Shown: positions 50,801-63,600, counted from the first letter of the whole stretch. The stretch: 63,738 nucleotides of DNA, filler included, from Octopus bimaculoides (GCF_001194135.2; 8 parts of 8 records of this genome joined end to end with filler, not necessarily neighbours in it), one strand, 5' to 3'. The notes: generated by a model from the sequence alone, not told the origin. Program-made: numbers and translations.

Positions 50801-53488
50801 TTAGGGAAATCCAGTCGGTACCTATCGGAAAGCTGGAAAGTCCTGAGCAGGTTTTTGAGACTTGTATATACCTTCTACTATGTACTAAACCCACACAGTC
50901 CTTCCGTGTGTCCAAAATACTATTCCTTTCCCCCCCCCCCCCAGTAGTACTAAAGTGCGAGACGTTCTCAAAACGTCTGAAGAAATCTGGCCTTCCAGCC
51001 CCTGTCGAGGCATAAGCCACCACCAGTTTGAAGGCGCCATATTCGCTGCAATTCACGTCCAGAAGCACCACCCTACCATCCGGGTCCAAGAAGATAACCC
51101 GTACTTGGCGATCTAAGGATTTCCAGAGCAGCACTGCTAAACCGCCACTCGCTTCCAAGCTGATTCCAGACCACGCACATTCACACACCCCATTCTCAGT
51201 ACAGCCATGCTAGTTGGAGAAAGTGAATGAGTAGGTTACTCACCTTGATTTTCCAGAATCCCGGAAGTTCCGGGCGTCTTTACTGGCGAAAATTCTTTAC
51301 AAGGTCCTTTCCAACAGCCTTTTATCAACAGATTTTTTAAAATCCTCACACTACCTTGGAATTTTTCTATTATAGTTTTATAAACCTCTGACGACATTTT
51401 AATTAGGAGTTTGTCCTTGAGGGTTTTAAGGATGAAATCCTCAAATTCCTTTCCTTCTGTCTCTATACTGTTTTGACTGTGAACAACCTATGCTATCCCT
51501 CTCTTCTGACTTAATAAATACTCTATCTAAATGCAATCTGGATGACTCGCTGTGGTTGCTGCTCTATGTCCACACTGGCACATCAGGGAAATTCAATCGG
51601 TACCTGTCAGAAAGCTGGAAAGTCCTAAGCAGGTTTTCGAGGCTATGTACTAAACCCACACAGTCCTTCCGTACATTCAAAATACTATTCCAGTCCCCCA
51701 CTAGTACTAAAGTGTGAGACGTTCCCAAGAATGTTTCTAGACGCTTGAAGAAATCTGGTACTCTAGCTCCTGTTGGGGCATAAACCTCCACCTGTCTGAA
51801 GGCGTCACCTTTGCTGTCATTCACGTCCAGAACCACCTTCGGGACCAGGAAGATACCCCGTAGCTGGAGATCTAAGGATTTCCAGAGTAGTACTGCTACA
51901 CTGTTACCCACTCTCGATTGATCAAAAGATGAGAATACCTCATGCTAGTCTGAGAAAGAAAAAGAGGAGGTTACTCAACTTGATTTTCGAGAATCCCGGA
52001 AGTTCTGGGCCTCTCAATTGGCGAAAAAGTTTTAAAAGGCCTTTCCAACAACCTGTTGTCAACCGATTTTTAAAAAATCCCCATACTACATGGGTATTTT
52101 TCTCTTATTGTTTTATAAACTTCTGACGACGTTTTAATTAAGAGTCTGTCTTCGGGGGTTTTGAGGATGAAATCCTCAAATTCATTTCCTTCTGTCTCTG
52201 TTTTGTTTTTGTTTTGACCTACAAAATTCATCAATTTAATGTTACACTTGTTCACAACAGTGAAATTGATGGATACATTTCGTCTACAGCCTGATAAATA
52301 TTTTTGAAGTTTTGTAATCGGTTGTTTCTGTGTTTCTATGACTGAATGTTGTTGATGTTGCTGTTTTGGATGTTGCTGATATTGTTGTTGTTTTTGTTGG
52401 AGTAGTTGTCAATTGTGTTGCAGTTGTGATTTCAGAATAAGTTTTTGTTAATTTCTTGGAGTAGGGCTATATACTCTCCTCCTCTTTCGTCTACTCCCTC
52501 TTGTCACTGATTGTTCAGCTCTTCTTTCTCCATGTCATTGCAGTTGATATTGGTTTGGGAGGAAGAGTATTCAGGAGAAACTTGCTTTTCTGTGGCAACC
52601 GCGAGTAGACTCCTTCTTTGTCTTGGTTTGGAAGTGTGTTTGGGGCGTGGGTGTGGGAGTAGGTGTAGGAGTCAAGAGCACTTGTTTGTGATTTTGCATT
52701 TGTGGTGTTTGTAGTGTTGGCAGCAGTGGGACTTTAATTTTCCTTGTTTCAGGGAAGAAAGCCTATAAGTGATTTACAGATCCACATATGTGGCATCTTG
52801 GCTTTCTACCCTGGGAGGCCGATTATGGTCCTGCTTGTATTGCAACGTCAGTTCCAAACCTTTACTTAACCAGTTTTGCTTAGGTAGTTTTTTTACCTCT
52901 AACATTGTAACTTCGAGTTCTTCTAAACCTGCAAAGACGGCCGCAAATCGATATTTCTAGCGGCATATTCAGCGCCATAATCTTGGCAAGGCGTTGGCCG
53001 CGATAGCTGATGCTAAAGAAAAAGTTCTCGTTTCTCAAAGTGGTTACGGAATTAAAGCTATCTTCTTCTTCCGTCCCAAATCTCACTTCAATAGTTCCAA
53101 ACTTCTTTCCTCGGGTGATGTGGGTCTTTTGTTCCCACACGTACCCAAAACATTTTTGTACTTCGCTCCTAGGAGTATTTTTCCACCCGCCGAGACTTGA
53201 CTCCGATGCAACGGTATGTTACCGTGCATCTTGCAATAGTTTTTTTATCACGTCGGATGAACGGTTTAGAGCTACCTTTCCCCATCTCTTCTCATAATTT
53301 TTTTTTTTTTTTTGCCAATTTTAATTCTTTTTCATCTATGTGGAAACTTTACATATTTCCCGCCGCTGACACAAAAGACGAAGAGGTGATATTTGCGTTT
53401 TAATTTCTTCCGTATTGTTGTTGTTGTTGAAGTTGTTGAAGTTGTTGTTGTTGTCGTCGTCGTCACTGCTACTGCTGTTGCTGTTGTT
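47801..53488 (-). mobile_element. Near-full-length, dead, chimeric Tx1/L1-like LINE
   Basis: ORF1 remnants (FGTIEVRF, CHICGSVNHL knuckle). APE motifs (LVGDWN, LDRVF) occur twice. Also SPGIDGLPYEFY, RSVRQGSPLSPLLY, YADD degenerated to YEND, and zf-RVT. The 3' end is TGCCCTGATGGCA-AATAAAA-(TTA)n. Confidence 0.92.
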
Positions 53489-54019
53489 NNNNNNNNNNNN
53501 NNNNNNNNNNNNNNNNNNNNNNNNNNNNNNNNTTAATTAATTAANNNNNNNNNNNNNNNNNNNNNNNNNNNNNNNNNNNNNNNNNNNNTACATATATAAG
53601 CACACACACACACATATATATACGAACTATCTCACTTGCTTAATTGTTTCTGTAGTGTTCTTTTATTGTAAGAGAAACCAAATATATATTTGTCTATTAA
53701 GATTTAGTGAATGTCTAGTTTCGAAAGAAAGTGATGTTCGGATAAGCTTTGTGCTAAGATTTGCCAGTGCAAGTCTCCTGATATTAATTAATTGCATGGT
53801 GTACCCTTATTTGAATATCCTTGAATTATTGCGTAAGACATTTTTGATGACAGCTGGGAAAGGAATTGAAGCTTTTAATGTGTGCCCTGATAGTACGTTC
53901 TGGTGACAAAAATCAACGACTTAGACTCTGAACGTTAGCATGTCGAAAAAACATCAAAACAATGCAGTGATTTCACATTTTGAAAAATAAAATTCATTAC
54001 AATATGTTTCAACAATGCG

Positions 54020-55230
54020 GAAATTTTATTCATCAAAGTATGTACCATTAAAATCAACACATTCCAGCCAACAAGTTACAAGTTTGTTTATTCTTGTAGC
54101 ATAAAAATCTGGTGTTCTGGAGTTGATGAATTCATTGAGAGCACTTTCAGAATCGGTTTGATTTTTGAACTCCTTTTCTCACAGGCAACCATCAAGGTGC
54201 TTGGAAAAAGTGGTAGTTAGTAGGAGAAAGGTCTGGCGAATAAACTAGGTGGTGAAAAACTTCGTAGCCAAGTTCCCACAACTTCTGGAACATCATTAGT
54301 GAAACGTGTGGTCGAGCATTGTCATGAAGAATGATTGGCCCTTTATCATTTACCAGTGTGGGACGTAAGAGTAGCAGCTTTTCGTTCCTTTTAACAATTT
54401 CATGGCAATATGTTTCTGCAGTAATGTCTTTTCCGGGGTTTTAGAAGTAATAGTGGATGCGTCCAGCACTACACCACCAAACAGTCACCACAAAATTGTT
54501 TTTGAAGAGCTCGGGTTCAGCGAAGGTTTTCGGTGCTCTATTTTGGTCCAACCACTGCAAACGAAGTTTTTTATTCTTGTAAAGAATCCACTTTTCCTCG
54601 AACGTTACAATACGGTCGAGAAATGGATCGGTCTGGTTACGCAAAAGAAACGACGAGTAAATTTCATATCCGCAGATTTTCAGATTTTCATTCAAATCGT
54701 GCGGTACCCATTTGTCGAGCATTTTTTTTTTTATTTTTCAATCGCATGCAAATGGTTGTTGGCAGTTTTCTGGCAAACTTGAAGTTTTTTGCCATTTCTT
54801 GAGTGGACTTACGTGGATCTTTCTTAATGACGGTCTTTAATTGACCGTCATTGATGACAGATGGGTGTCCACAACACTCACGATCTTCAAGGCTCAGGTC
54901 TCCACTGCGAATTCGATGAAATCATTTTTGAGTCGACCACTCACTAATCACTTCCTCACTAAATGTTTCGTTGATATTGCGATGCAATTTCTGCTGCTTT
55001 ACGTCCTTTTTTGAAGTAGGATAGCAAAATTGCTCGATTATCGCGCTTCAGACAGTTGTAACAACGGTGAAAAAACATCAATGTTAATTCATTGATGCAT
55101 TTAGGCAAGTCGATGTCTGTATTATCAGACAATTGCAAAAAATTGTTTAAAAAAATTTTAAACTCTGGAAAAATTCGGTACAAATTCTTCATGGTTCAAA
55201 ACATTGCTTACTATTTACTCAACCCGATCT
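54020..55230 (-). mobile_element. Near-full-length degenerate DD34D mariner
   Basis: WVPHDL, RIVTFEEKW, LHDNARPH, YSPDLSPTNYHFF, ECVDFNGTYFDE*. A TIR-like ATCGGGTTGAGTAAATAGTAAG lies at about 55205-55228; the left TIR was not recognised. Confidence 0.92.
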
Positions 55231-55721
55231 TATGTAATGCCGCATATCTATATGAATAGATGTATATATGTATATATTGTGTATTCATATATATATATAT
55301 ATATATATATGTATATCACATACGTGCGTGTGTTTATGTGTGTGCGATGTCTGTTCATCCACTAGAAGTGATAAATTACATGACACAAAACAGATGTAGA
55401 GTTCGTTAACACAGCATAACTGAAAGGCTCTGATGTTCAGTACTCTGAGATGCTCTTTTCTGATCATCAGCTCATAAACCGAACCTGATTTTCTTTTCAA
55501 TACACAATGTCTGAAAATCTTTTGAGATACCAAATGAAAGTTTGAAGGAAACGCTTACTCTTTTGTTCTTTTGTTTAAAAACATTTTGTGAACGACACAT
55601 GCGAAAACAGTTGCTCCGAGTTCACGCTTTTGATTTCGCTCGTGGTTATAATACCGAATACAATTATACGCGCGCGCGTACTGTACTGATTGTATCGTAA
55701 CATTTGCCGAGCCGCTACGTT

Positions 55722-55980
55722 ACAGGGACACAGACATACCAACGTCGGTTGTCAAGTGATGGTAGGGAGTACAAACACAAAGACACACACATAAATATAT
55801 ATATATGTGTCTGTGCGCGCGCGCGCGTGTGTATACATACACGACGGGCTTCTTTCAGTCGCCATCTACCAAATCCATTCACAAGGTTTTGGTCGGTCCG
55901 ATGCTATACTAGAAGACACTTACCTAAGATGCCATGCTTAGGGACTAAAGCCAGAACCATGTCGTCTAAAAGCAAGCTTC
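55722..55980 (-). mobile_element. SINE-A with internal microsatellite
   Basis: 3' domain, a (CA/TA/GC) tract and the head are collinear. Confidence 0.85.
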
Positions 55981-56760
55981 TTTTCCTACAATACAATTTT
56001 CTGTTAAGGTTTAGAATGCAATTAAAAATAGAAAACCATACAACTACTGATATTCAATAATGGTATATCTTACCAAACTTATCTTCTCTGTCACTAATTA
56101 TAATAATAAAACCTACCAGCAGCAACCACACTACCATCACCAAACGCATCGGCACTACCATTGCTCATCACCGTCAGAACCCATTAATGCCATCACACCA
56201 CACCACCATCATACTATCACCAACAATAAAAATGCCAGTGATAGGGAGTTTAATCATCTATGTGCTATGTAGTTACTCAACCTGCTCAATATTTCTGCCA
56301 AATTTCCTTTGATAAACTCTCTCTGTCGACTTTATGAAGATGCTCATCACATCGTGAATCGCAAATTAATTGATCGAAACCGCTCGTAGCTTATAGACTC
56401 TTCTGTCCATATTCAATCAAAAGCGTTAAGTTAATATCGAGAAGGAAGATGTTAAAATTTGTCTTTGAACAACTTCTGCCAAATAAGGAGTTGCTTCGTA
56501 ATCGTTTTAAGCAGATGTGAAACACAACCACTTCTGTAATTCATAGATATAAAGGTTGTGTGTGGTAAAGTAAATACACAATAAATAAATATACGATAAA
56601 GGAAAAATTTTACTAGGTTTGAAAAGCTCCAATAAAATTTATTAATGAATACACTTATGTATTTTAGCAGTTATTGCACGCAAAATGGTAGGCCTTCTCT
56701 TGCCGATCAAAAATCAACTCAGCCTTTGAGGCAACATAGGATTTCTTAGTCTAATAACCG

Positions 56761-57162
56761 ATGGAACTTTGCAGTCTTAAATTGAAAACAAACAGATTTT
56801 GTGGACTATTTTAAGAAGAAGGGGTTAACACAGATGTAACTCATTTGAACTTAGCTCTGCTTGATTATGAGACCGAGTTGGGGCAGTTTAACAATCTCAG
56901 GTTTTAACAATGGTTGAGAATTGTGAAGTGCTACGTTGGACAAACAGATTGTTTCATATCCCTATATGGGGCAAAAGTATTGTATGAAACAATTCCGGAG
57001 TTCACCTCGAACAATCAAACGCATTTGGGAACCTATTTATTCACCAGTGTGCAACAGTCAGCATTCAATGATTATTTCTTTTATTTTGATAATAAGAGCA
57101 ATTATAATACAGATACGGTCAATTTTAAATTAGTATCTACCAGTAAGGTAGAGAGCACCTGA
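56761..57162 (+). pseudogene. Unidentified degraded coding-like frame
   Basis: 133 codons with only two internal stops (codons 18 and 49) in AT-rich, non-microsatellite sequence. No family recognised. Confidence 0.25.
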
Positions 57163-57778
57163 AATGGTTTTATATTTATTGAAAAACTTCGGTACACTCA
57201 CCAAAGTATTAACTAAAACTTCTACATTGGCGTAGAAATTGTTTAGTGAACATTTGCCTCAAAGACGTTACATAAATGACAATTGTTAAGTTAGTATTAA
57301 CATATTTAATGCATTAAAAAGTTAGCTGGAAACAATTATGGCAAATAAAGAAAAATATTTCTGAATAGAATAAATTCAAGTGGTTAATGGTGCGTCATAT
57401 ATTCTTCTTCTGACACCGATTCACGATTCTATACTATTGCATGAATTATTTCCTACGTTGACAGACAAAAAGAACAAAATATTCAAGACTGAATGCTGTC
57501 TAGTTAATACGTTTGTGTCTGCCACTGATGTGTCTGTCTGTGTGCTTCTACGTTTAACATTTTTTTTTTTAAAGTGGAGGCTTGTTAAGAGTTGGTTATA
57601 AAAGCTGAAAAGTCGTTTGTGAAAAATTTGGTTGGACATGATGTAGTTGTAATTGCTTTATTGTTGTTTAATCCACATACTTCCCGGAAGGAACAGTCAT
57701 AACACACGTAGTCAGTTGGAATATTTAGGGTGGACCATAGATTTAGATGCAGCATTATTCTTAGAAGAACGCTTCATA

Positions 57779-57803
57779 TAGCAGCAGCAGCAGCAGTAGC
57801 AGC

Positions 57804-57842
<39 letters not shown>

Positions 57843-57843
57843 G

Positions 57844-57903
<60 letters not shown>

Positions 57904-57905
57904 AT
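57779..57905. repeat. Compound (GCA)n(GTA)n microsatellite
   Basis: Directly visible. Confidence 0.95.
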
Positions 57906-58128
57906 GTACTCTTGGTAGTAATTTTAATGGTCCTCTTGATACAAAAATATATAAGTTATCTATCGATATATTCAAACAATGTCAATCTTAGTATTTGTGC
58001 GACAAAATGTCTCAATCTACATAATAGAAAGACGCTACCAAAGAACTATCTTCATAATGTTCTGGCATTGATCATATCTCTATCGCATACTGTCTCAATT
58101 TTACAGACTTATTATGACTTTTCTAAAC

Positions 58129-58184
<56 letters not shown>

Positions 58185-58580
58185 TGTGTGTATGTGTGTG
58201 TATGCCTGTGCGTGTGTGTGTTTGTATCTTTGTGTGATGTAGTCATATCGCAGTGCTTTTGTATGTTTATGTTATATAATTATTATTATTATTATTCATC
58301 TTATAATCATTATCATCATCGTCATTATTTTCGGTATTGCTATTATAATAATCATTCGATTTCTACGGATTGCAATCTTGTATAATTTTGGCAAGCTGCT
58401 GTATTCACATGTAGGACACCCTGGCTATCGTCCGAGTTAATTTTGAAGAACTACACTATCTGTCGTCTTCATTTGCCAAACAAGAGAGGGATGGCGTAGA
58501 AAGTGCTAAGATGTAAATTTTGAAGTATTGAGAAAGGGATATTTTATATTTAGAATACGTATTTTAAGTACAGTGAAATA

Positions 58581-58775
58581 TTCTTTCTGCTATAGGCACA
58601 AGGTCTGAAATTTTGTGAGGGCGGGGCTTGTCGATTACATTGACCCACATGCTCAGCTGGCAGTTACTTTATCAATCCCGAAAGGATGACATAAAAAGAC
58701 AACCTCGGCGAATTTTGAACTCAGTATATAAAGACGAATGAAATACTAACGAATCTGCCAGCTAGCCCACTCAAA
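58581..58775 (-). mobile_element. SINE-B with 11-bp TSD
   Basis: ACAGTGAAATA at 58570-58580 and 58776-58786. Confidence 0.85.
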
Positions 58776-59055
58776 ACAGTGAAATAATGATAAGAGTTTA
58801 TTCTACTACCTTATTCTAACTTCTTCTCTGGTGTCTTATTCAGTCGAACCTGACTAGATGAAACGCAGAATTTGACCGTGGGAAGATTTGAACCTACACC
58901 GTAAAGGACAGGAATAAATAACAAAAAAGTATTTTGTCGGATGCTTAAATTATCTAGACAAGATATGTGCATGCATGCTATATGTGTGTGTGCGTGTGCG
59001 TGCGAGTGTGCGCATGTGTGCATGCGTGTGCGTGAGCACGCGGTGTGTGTATGTG

Positions 59056-59128
<73 letters not shown>

Positions 59129-59155
59129 GCATTACTACAGAATAATGCCACACAC

Positions 59156-59247
59156 TAGACTTCCATAATAAACATGTTTTTACCGAATGCGAGGAAAAGC
59201 AAACGTTTCCTCGCATTCAGTAAAAATGGGTTTATTATGGAAGTTTA
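59156..59247. other. 92-nt near-perfect hairpin
   Basis: Arms of about 42 bp with 5 mismatches around the 8-nt loop AGCAAACG. Confidence 0.9.
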
Positions 59248-59956
59248 NNNNNNNNNNNNNNNNNNNNNNNNNNNNNNNNNNNNNNNNNNNNNNNNNNNNN
59301 NNNNNNNNNNNNNNNNNNNNNNNNNNNNNNNNNNNNNNNNNNNNNNNNNNNNNNNNNNNNNNNNNNNNNNNNNNNNNNNNNNNNNNNNNNNNNNNNNNNN
59401 NNNNNNNNNNNNNNNNNNNNNNNNNNNNNNNNNNNNNNNNNNNNNNNNNNNNNNNNNNNNNNNNNNNNNNNNNNNNNNNNNNNNNNNNNNNNNNNNNNNN
59501 NNNNNNNNNNNNNNNNNNNNNNNNNNNNNNNNNNNNNNNNNNNNNNNNNNNNNNNNNNNNNNNNNNNNNNNNNNNNNNNNNNNNNNNNNNNNNNNNNNNN
59601 NNNNNNNNNNNNNNNNNNNNNNNNNNNNNNNNNNNNNNNNNNNNNNNNNNNNNNNNNNNNNNNNNNNNNNNNNNNNNNNNNNNNNNNNNNNNNNNNNNNN
59701 NNNNNNNNNNNNNNNNNNNNNNNNNNNNNNNNNNNNNNNNNNNNNNNNNNNNNNNNNNNNNNNNNNNNNNNNNNNNNNNNNNNNNNNNNNNNNNNNNNNN
59801 NNNNNNNNNNNNNNNNNNNNNNNNNNNNNNNNNNNNNNNNNNNNNNNNNNNNNNNNNNNNNNNNNNNNNNNNNNNNNNNNNNNNNNNNNNNNNNNNNNNN
59901 NNNNNNNNNNNNNNNNNNNNNNNNNNNNNNNNNNNNNNNNNNNNNNNNNNNNNNNN

Positions 59957-60002
<46 letters not shown>

Positions 60003-60719
60003 GAACAGTGTATTCGGAGTATATTTGACGATGTCTATACCGTCTTCTTCAAAGAACAGCTCGGCGAACAGTCATATATATATATATCACGCGTGATGAA
60101 TACCTTGCCTCAGGTTTTCTTCCTTGCATCTCCTAACAACGATTCGATATTAATTGCTTTCTTTTCTTCAATTTAACCTTTCATTTGGTATACACTTTTT
60201 CTGAAAGAATTTGGCTGTCACTATCAATTATATCTCTATTGGTAGTTAATCTTCTCAAATTAGGTTCATTATTTTTGCTACTGATTCTTGCCTTTCTATT
60301 ATTTCCAGATAAAACTTCTTTTGTAATTAACTTTTGACACTTTACAAGTGATTCTTTATTCGGTTATTTCCTTCAATGTATTGGCGCTTGTTTCTATATC
60401 ATGGTGCTATAATCATTAATTATCGACTCCCTTCGTATATTTTCTCCAACGTGATTTCATGTTCTATCCTACTGCGTTGTACCCTGGGCAAGTAATTTCT
60501 TCTATAGCTCCAACACGACCGACACCTAAGTGAAATTGGTGGATGCCATGTACGTGAAAGCCAATAGTATATATANNNNNNNNNNNNNNNNNNNNNNNNN
60601 NNNNNNNNNNNNNNNNNNNTTAATTAATTAANNNNNNNNNNNNNNNNNNNNNNNNNNNNNNNNNNNNNNNNNNNNTACGTTTCTTGCATAAATAAAAGAA
60701 ATTTTATTTAACAAATTGT

Positions 60720-60972
60720 GACACTAAGGACCGAGGTTACCGTGGTCTTTTCCATAGGTTTTTCTTTCCACGGATAACCTCCCCATTTATTGGGAAATTT
60801 TTTCTTTTTTTTGTACATACCCCAAACGTTTTCTCGATGCCTTTTCATCGTTATCCCCATTTTATTTTTTTACTTTATTTTCGTCCCCATCAAAAAGAAA
60901 AACTCTACATTTGTATTTTGTCCCCTCTATGTTGAGCCCTGTGTGGCTAATAAAGAAACATATCTATCTATC
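60720..60972 (+). mobile_element. Tx1-like LINE 3' UTR
   Basis: Ends TTGTCCCCTCTATGTTGAGCCCTGTGTGGCTAATAAAGAAACA-(TATC)n, the same terminus as at 30331-30344. Confidence 0.8.
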
Positions 60973-61192
60973 TCCAAATGGATGGACGCTAGACACATCG
61001 GCTCCCATGTAAGTTGCCTTTTTCATCTGTAAAAAGTCCTATTTTGTATATTATTTTTTGTACAAGTTGTGTATAACACAAAATACTTTTAGATGATATA
61101 TTTTTCGAATCGGAAATAGCTCTATTTAGAGTCTTATTTCCAAAAGTTCAAAAAAATTTTCCTCGATTCTAGCCATATTCTGTAAAATGAAT

Positions 61193-62493
61193 ATGGCTAA
61201 GGTATTCAACAAGGCCGATTTCCCGCCCCTAATGCCAGAGGCGAAAGAATCTAATGCCGTTCCGCATGACAGGTGGTGAAGAAAAGCAATGCCTCTGGGT
61301 CTACTTGCTGCTGCCTCAACCACCATCACCACCATGTCCAAAAACTCTGCTGCTACAGCAGTCTCGCCTGCCATCACCCATCTGTGACAACAACAACAAC
61401 GACACAAATTTCCTTGCTAATACAACCACTGTCTTCACCTCTGCTACCACCACTACCGCCACCATCACCACAACAAACATGAACTGAACTTTGCGGAGGC
61501 TTTGAAGCCTGGAAAAAAAATATTGAATTTCTCGAAAGAGGAAGTACTCGCATGCAAAAAAGACATAACAGTCCATCTACAGACACCCGCAGACTTAAAA
61601 AAAAACATCGAAAACAAAACCATTATCTACAAAATGATAAACACGAAGACTCTTGAAAAATTTAGTCAGGAAAAGGTTGAGAGGTGTTTAAGGCCCATAT
61701 GGGCTTATAAAACCTATATTACGAGAGGAACCAAGTTCGCAACAATCGAGGTGAGATTCGACAGCGAGCCAAGGACCTCTCCACAAAGCCATTGCAACAT
61801 GAGAACCTGCTCATGATCCCTACGTACCTTGGTCGTAGGGTTGCAAAGATAAAAATATCAAATGTGCCTCCTGAAATTGAGGAAAAATGGCTTGTATCTG
61901 CCATGTGTCTCGACATAGAGGAGGAAGTAAATATTTTAGAAGTTACTGCCGTGTACCATGAAAACTGGATTGGCCAAGAAATTCAACTCCTGGTACAAGT
62001 TGATCCAGCCAATTACGAGAAGATTCCTCACAGAATCCAATTAACAAAGGATTCCAGTTTCCATGTTGCCGTCGAAGGCAGAAGGCCAAGTTGCTACGTT
62101 TGTAGTAGCAAAACTCATCTACAAAGCACATGCCCAGTAGCCCAGGAGCAAAGACAACAACATCAACAACAAGATGAAGAAAGACAACAACAACAACCAC
62201 AAGAAAACCAAAACAAAAGAAAAAAACCAGCATTACTGCCCACACCGCCATATGCACAACTGGTTAAGCAGCTGTACAAAGAAATGCAGAAACGCCAGCA
62301 AGCTAGCCGAACCAAACAACACCACCACCAGTACCACCAAGACCAAAATCAGCACCATCACCAACAACAACAACAACCCCACAAGAAGAAGGGAACACAA
62401 CAAAGACTCACACCCCACCCCCAAAAACCCAAACACCACATCCCAACTGTCACGAAACAACACCAACAACAAAATCAACACACACAAAAATAG
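61193..62493 (+). mobile_element. Tx1-like LINE ORF1 (frameshifted), truncated by a gap
   Basis: MAKVFNKADFPPL start, T-rich tract, FATIEVRF, KISNVPPEI, EGRRPS-CYVCSSKTHLQSTC (C-X2-C-X4-H-X4-C knuckle), Q/H-rich tail. Homologous to 52250-53440. Confidence 0.85.
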
Positions 62494-62875
62494 ACCCCAA
62501 TNNNNNNNNNNNNNNNNNNNNNNNNNNNNNNNNNNNNNNNNNNNNTTAATTAATTAANNNNNNNNNNNNNNNNNNNNNNNNNNNNNNNNNNNNNNNNNNN
62601 NGAAATTTGTGATGAAGCAATTGCTGGCGATCTGTTGCTACACAGTTTTGCATGAAATATATCACATTGGGCAGAAGATATTGATGCACCATTTTGCATT
62701 ATGTTCAAAGTAGTTTCTGGAACGTGGTGAATTGCTGCAGTCTATTGCTGTCATTTTAAACCGGTTGTTGTCTTTCCCCAGCAAACTCTCTTCTTTGGAG
62801 GCATAATCTATGTATATATTAAACAGAACAACAAAAGTTATAATAGATGGCAGGGTCGGTAATTTTCACATATCT

Positions 62876-63081
62876 GTAATTTTTCAGATTAACACCCACA
62901 CGATTACCCAACCCTAATCCTAAACCTAATCCTAACACTAAACCTAACACAAACCCTAAACTCTAACCCTGACCCTAAAACCGTAACCGTAACACTAATC
63001 CTAACCCTAACCCTAACCCTAACCCTAAACCTAAACCCTGACCCTAAAACCCTAACCCTAACACCCTAGTGAAAATCGTGG
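62876..63081. mobile_element. Second copy of the telomere-repeat element, non-palindromic form
   Basis: GTAATTTTTCAGATTAACACCCACACGAT, about 150 bp of degenerate CCCTAA, then ACACCCTAGTGAAAATCGTG as at 31469-31488. Confidence 0.85.
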
Positions 63082-63329
63082 TATATTTACAAAACAATGA
63101 CGAACATGAGAGAGCGAGAGAGGAAGAGGTAGAGAGAGGGGGAGAAAGGAATAGAGGTAGTTAAAATTTTTCTTATGACGGCTTCTCTTCACTTCCTATT
63201 ACTTCATTAGAAATCTAAAGATGCACATATGCACATAATAGACAAAAATGAAACAAATATGGACGACTTGCTCCGAAACACCACCTAGCGGGGAACACTT
63301 CTCAAAAATAACCTGCAGTTGTTTCCTTC

Positions 63330-63600
63330 AAAATTCCTATATGCTCGAAATGTACATACATCAAGGCATATTTGTAGAAAATTTCACGAAAAAATATTCA
63401 TTTTCCTGGAGGTTAAGAGGAATTTAAGTGGAATTTCCGAACATTGCCCCACACCCCCTCCCAAAACGCTTTCACCGAACATTTTTGTATATTCGGAATC
63501 GACGTAATAAATAATATATGCATAGAAAATTTCATTAAAAAATATTCATTTTTCTGAAGGTTATGACCTTCCAAAGTTGGTGGGGGTACAACTCTGTAGT
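63330..63600 (+). mobile_element. Possible Helentron/DINE-like fragment with internal 40-bp duplication
   Basis: AGAAAATTTCA(CG/TT)AAAAAATATTCATTTT(C/T)CTG(G/A)AGGTTA at about 63377 and 63523. Confidence 0.4.

Noticed and set aside
62876-63081. True telomere or telomere healing site
   Set aside because: The repeats are degenerate, short, internal and bracketed by sequence shared with the 31333 element.
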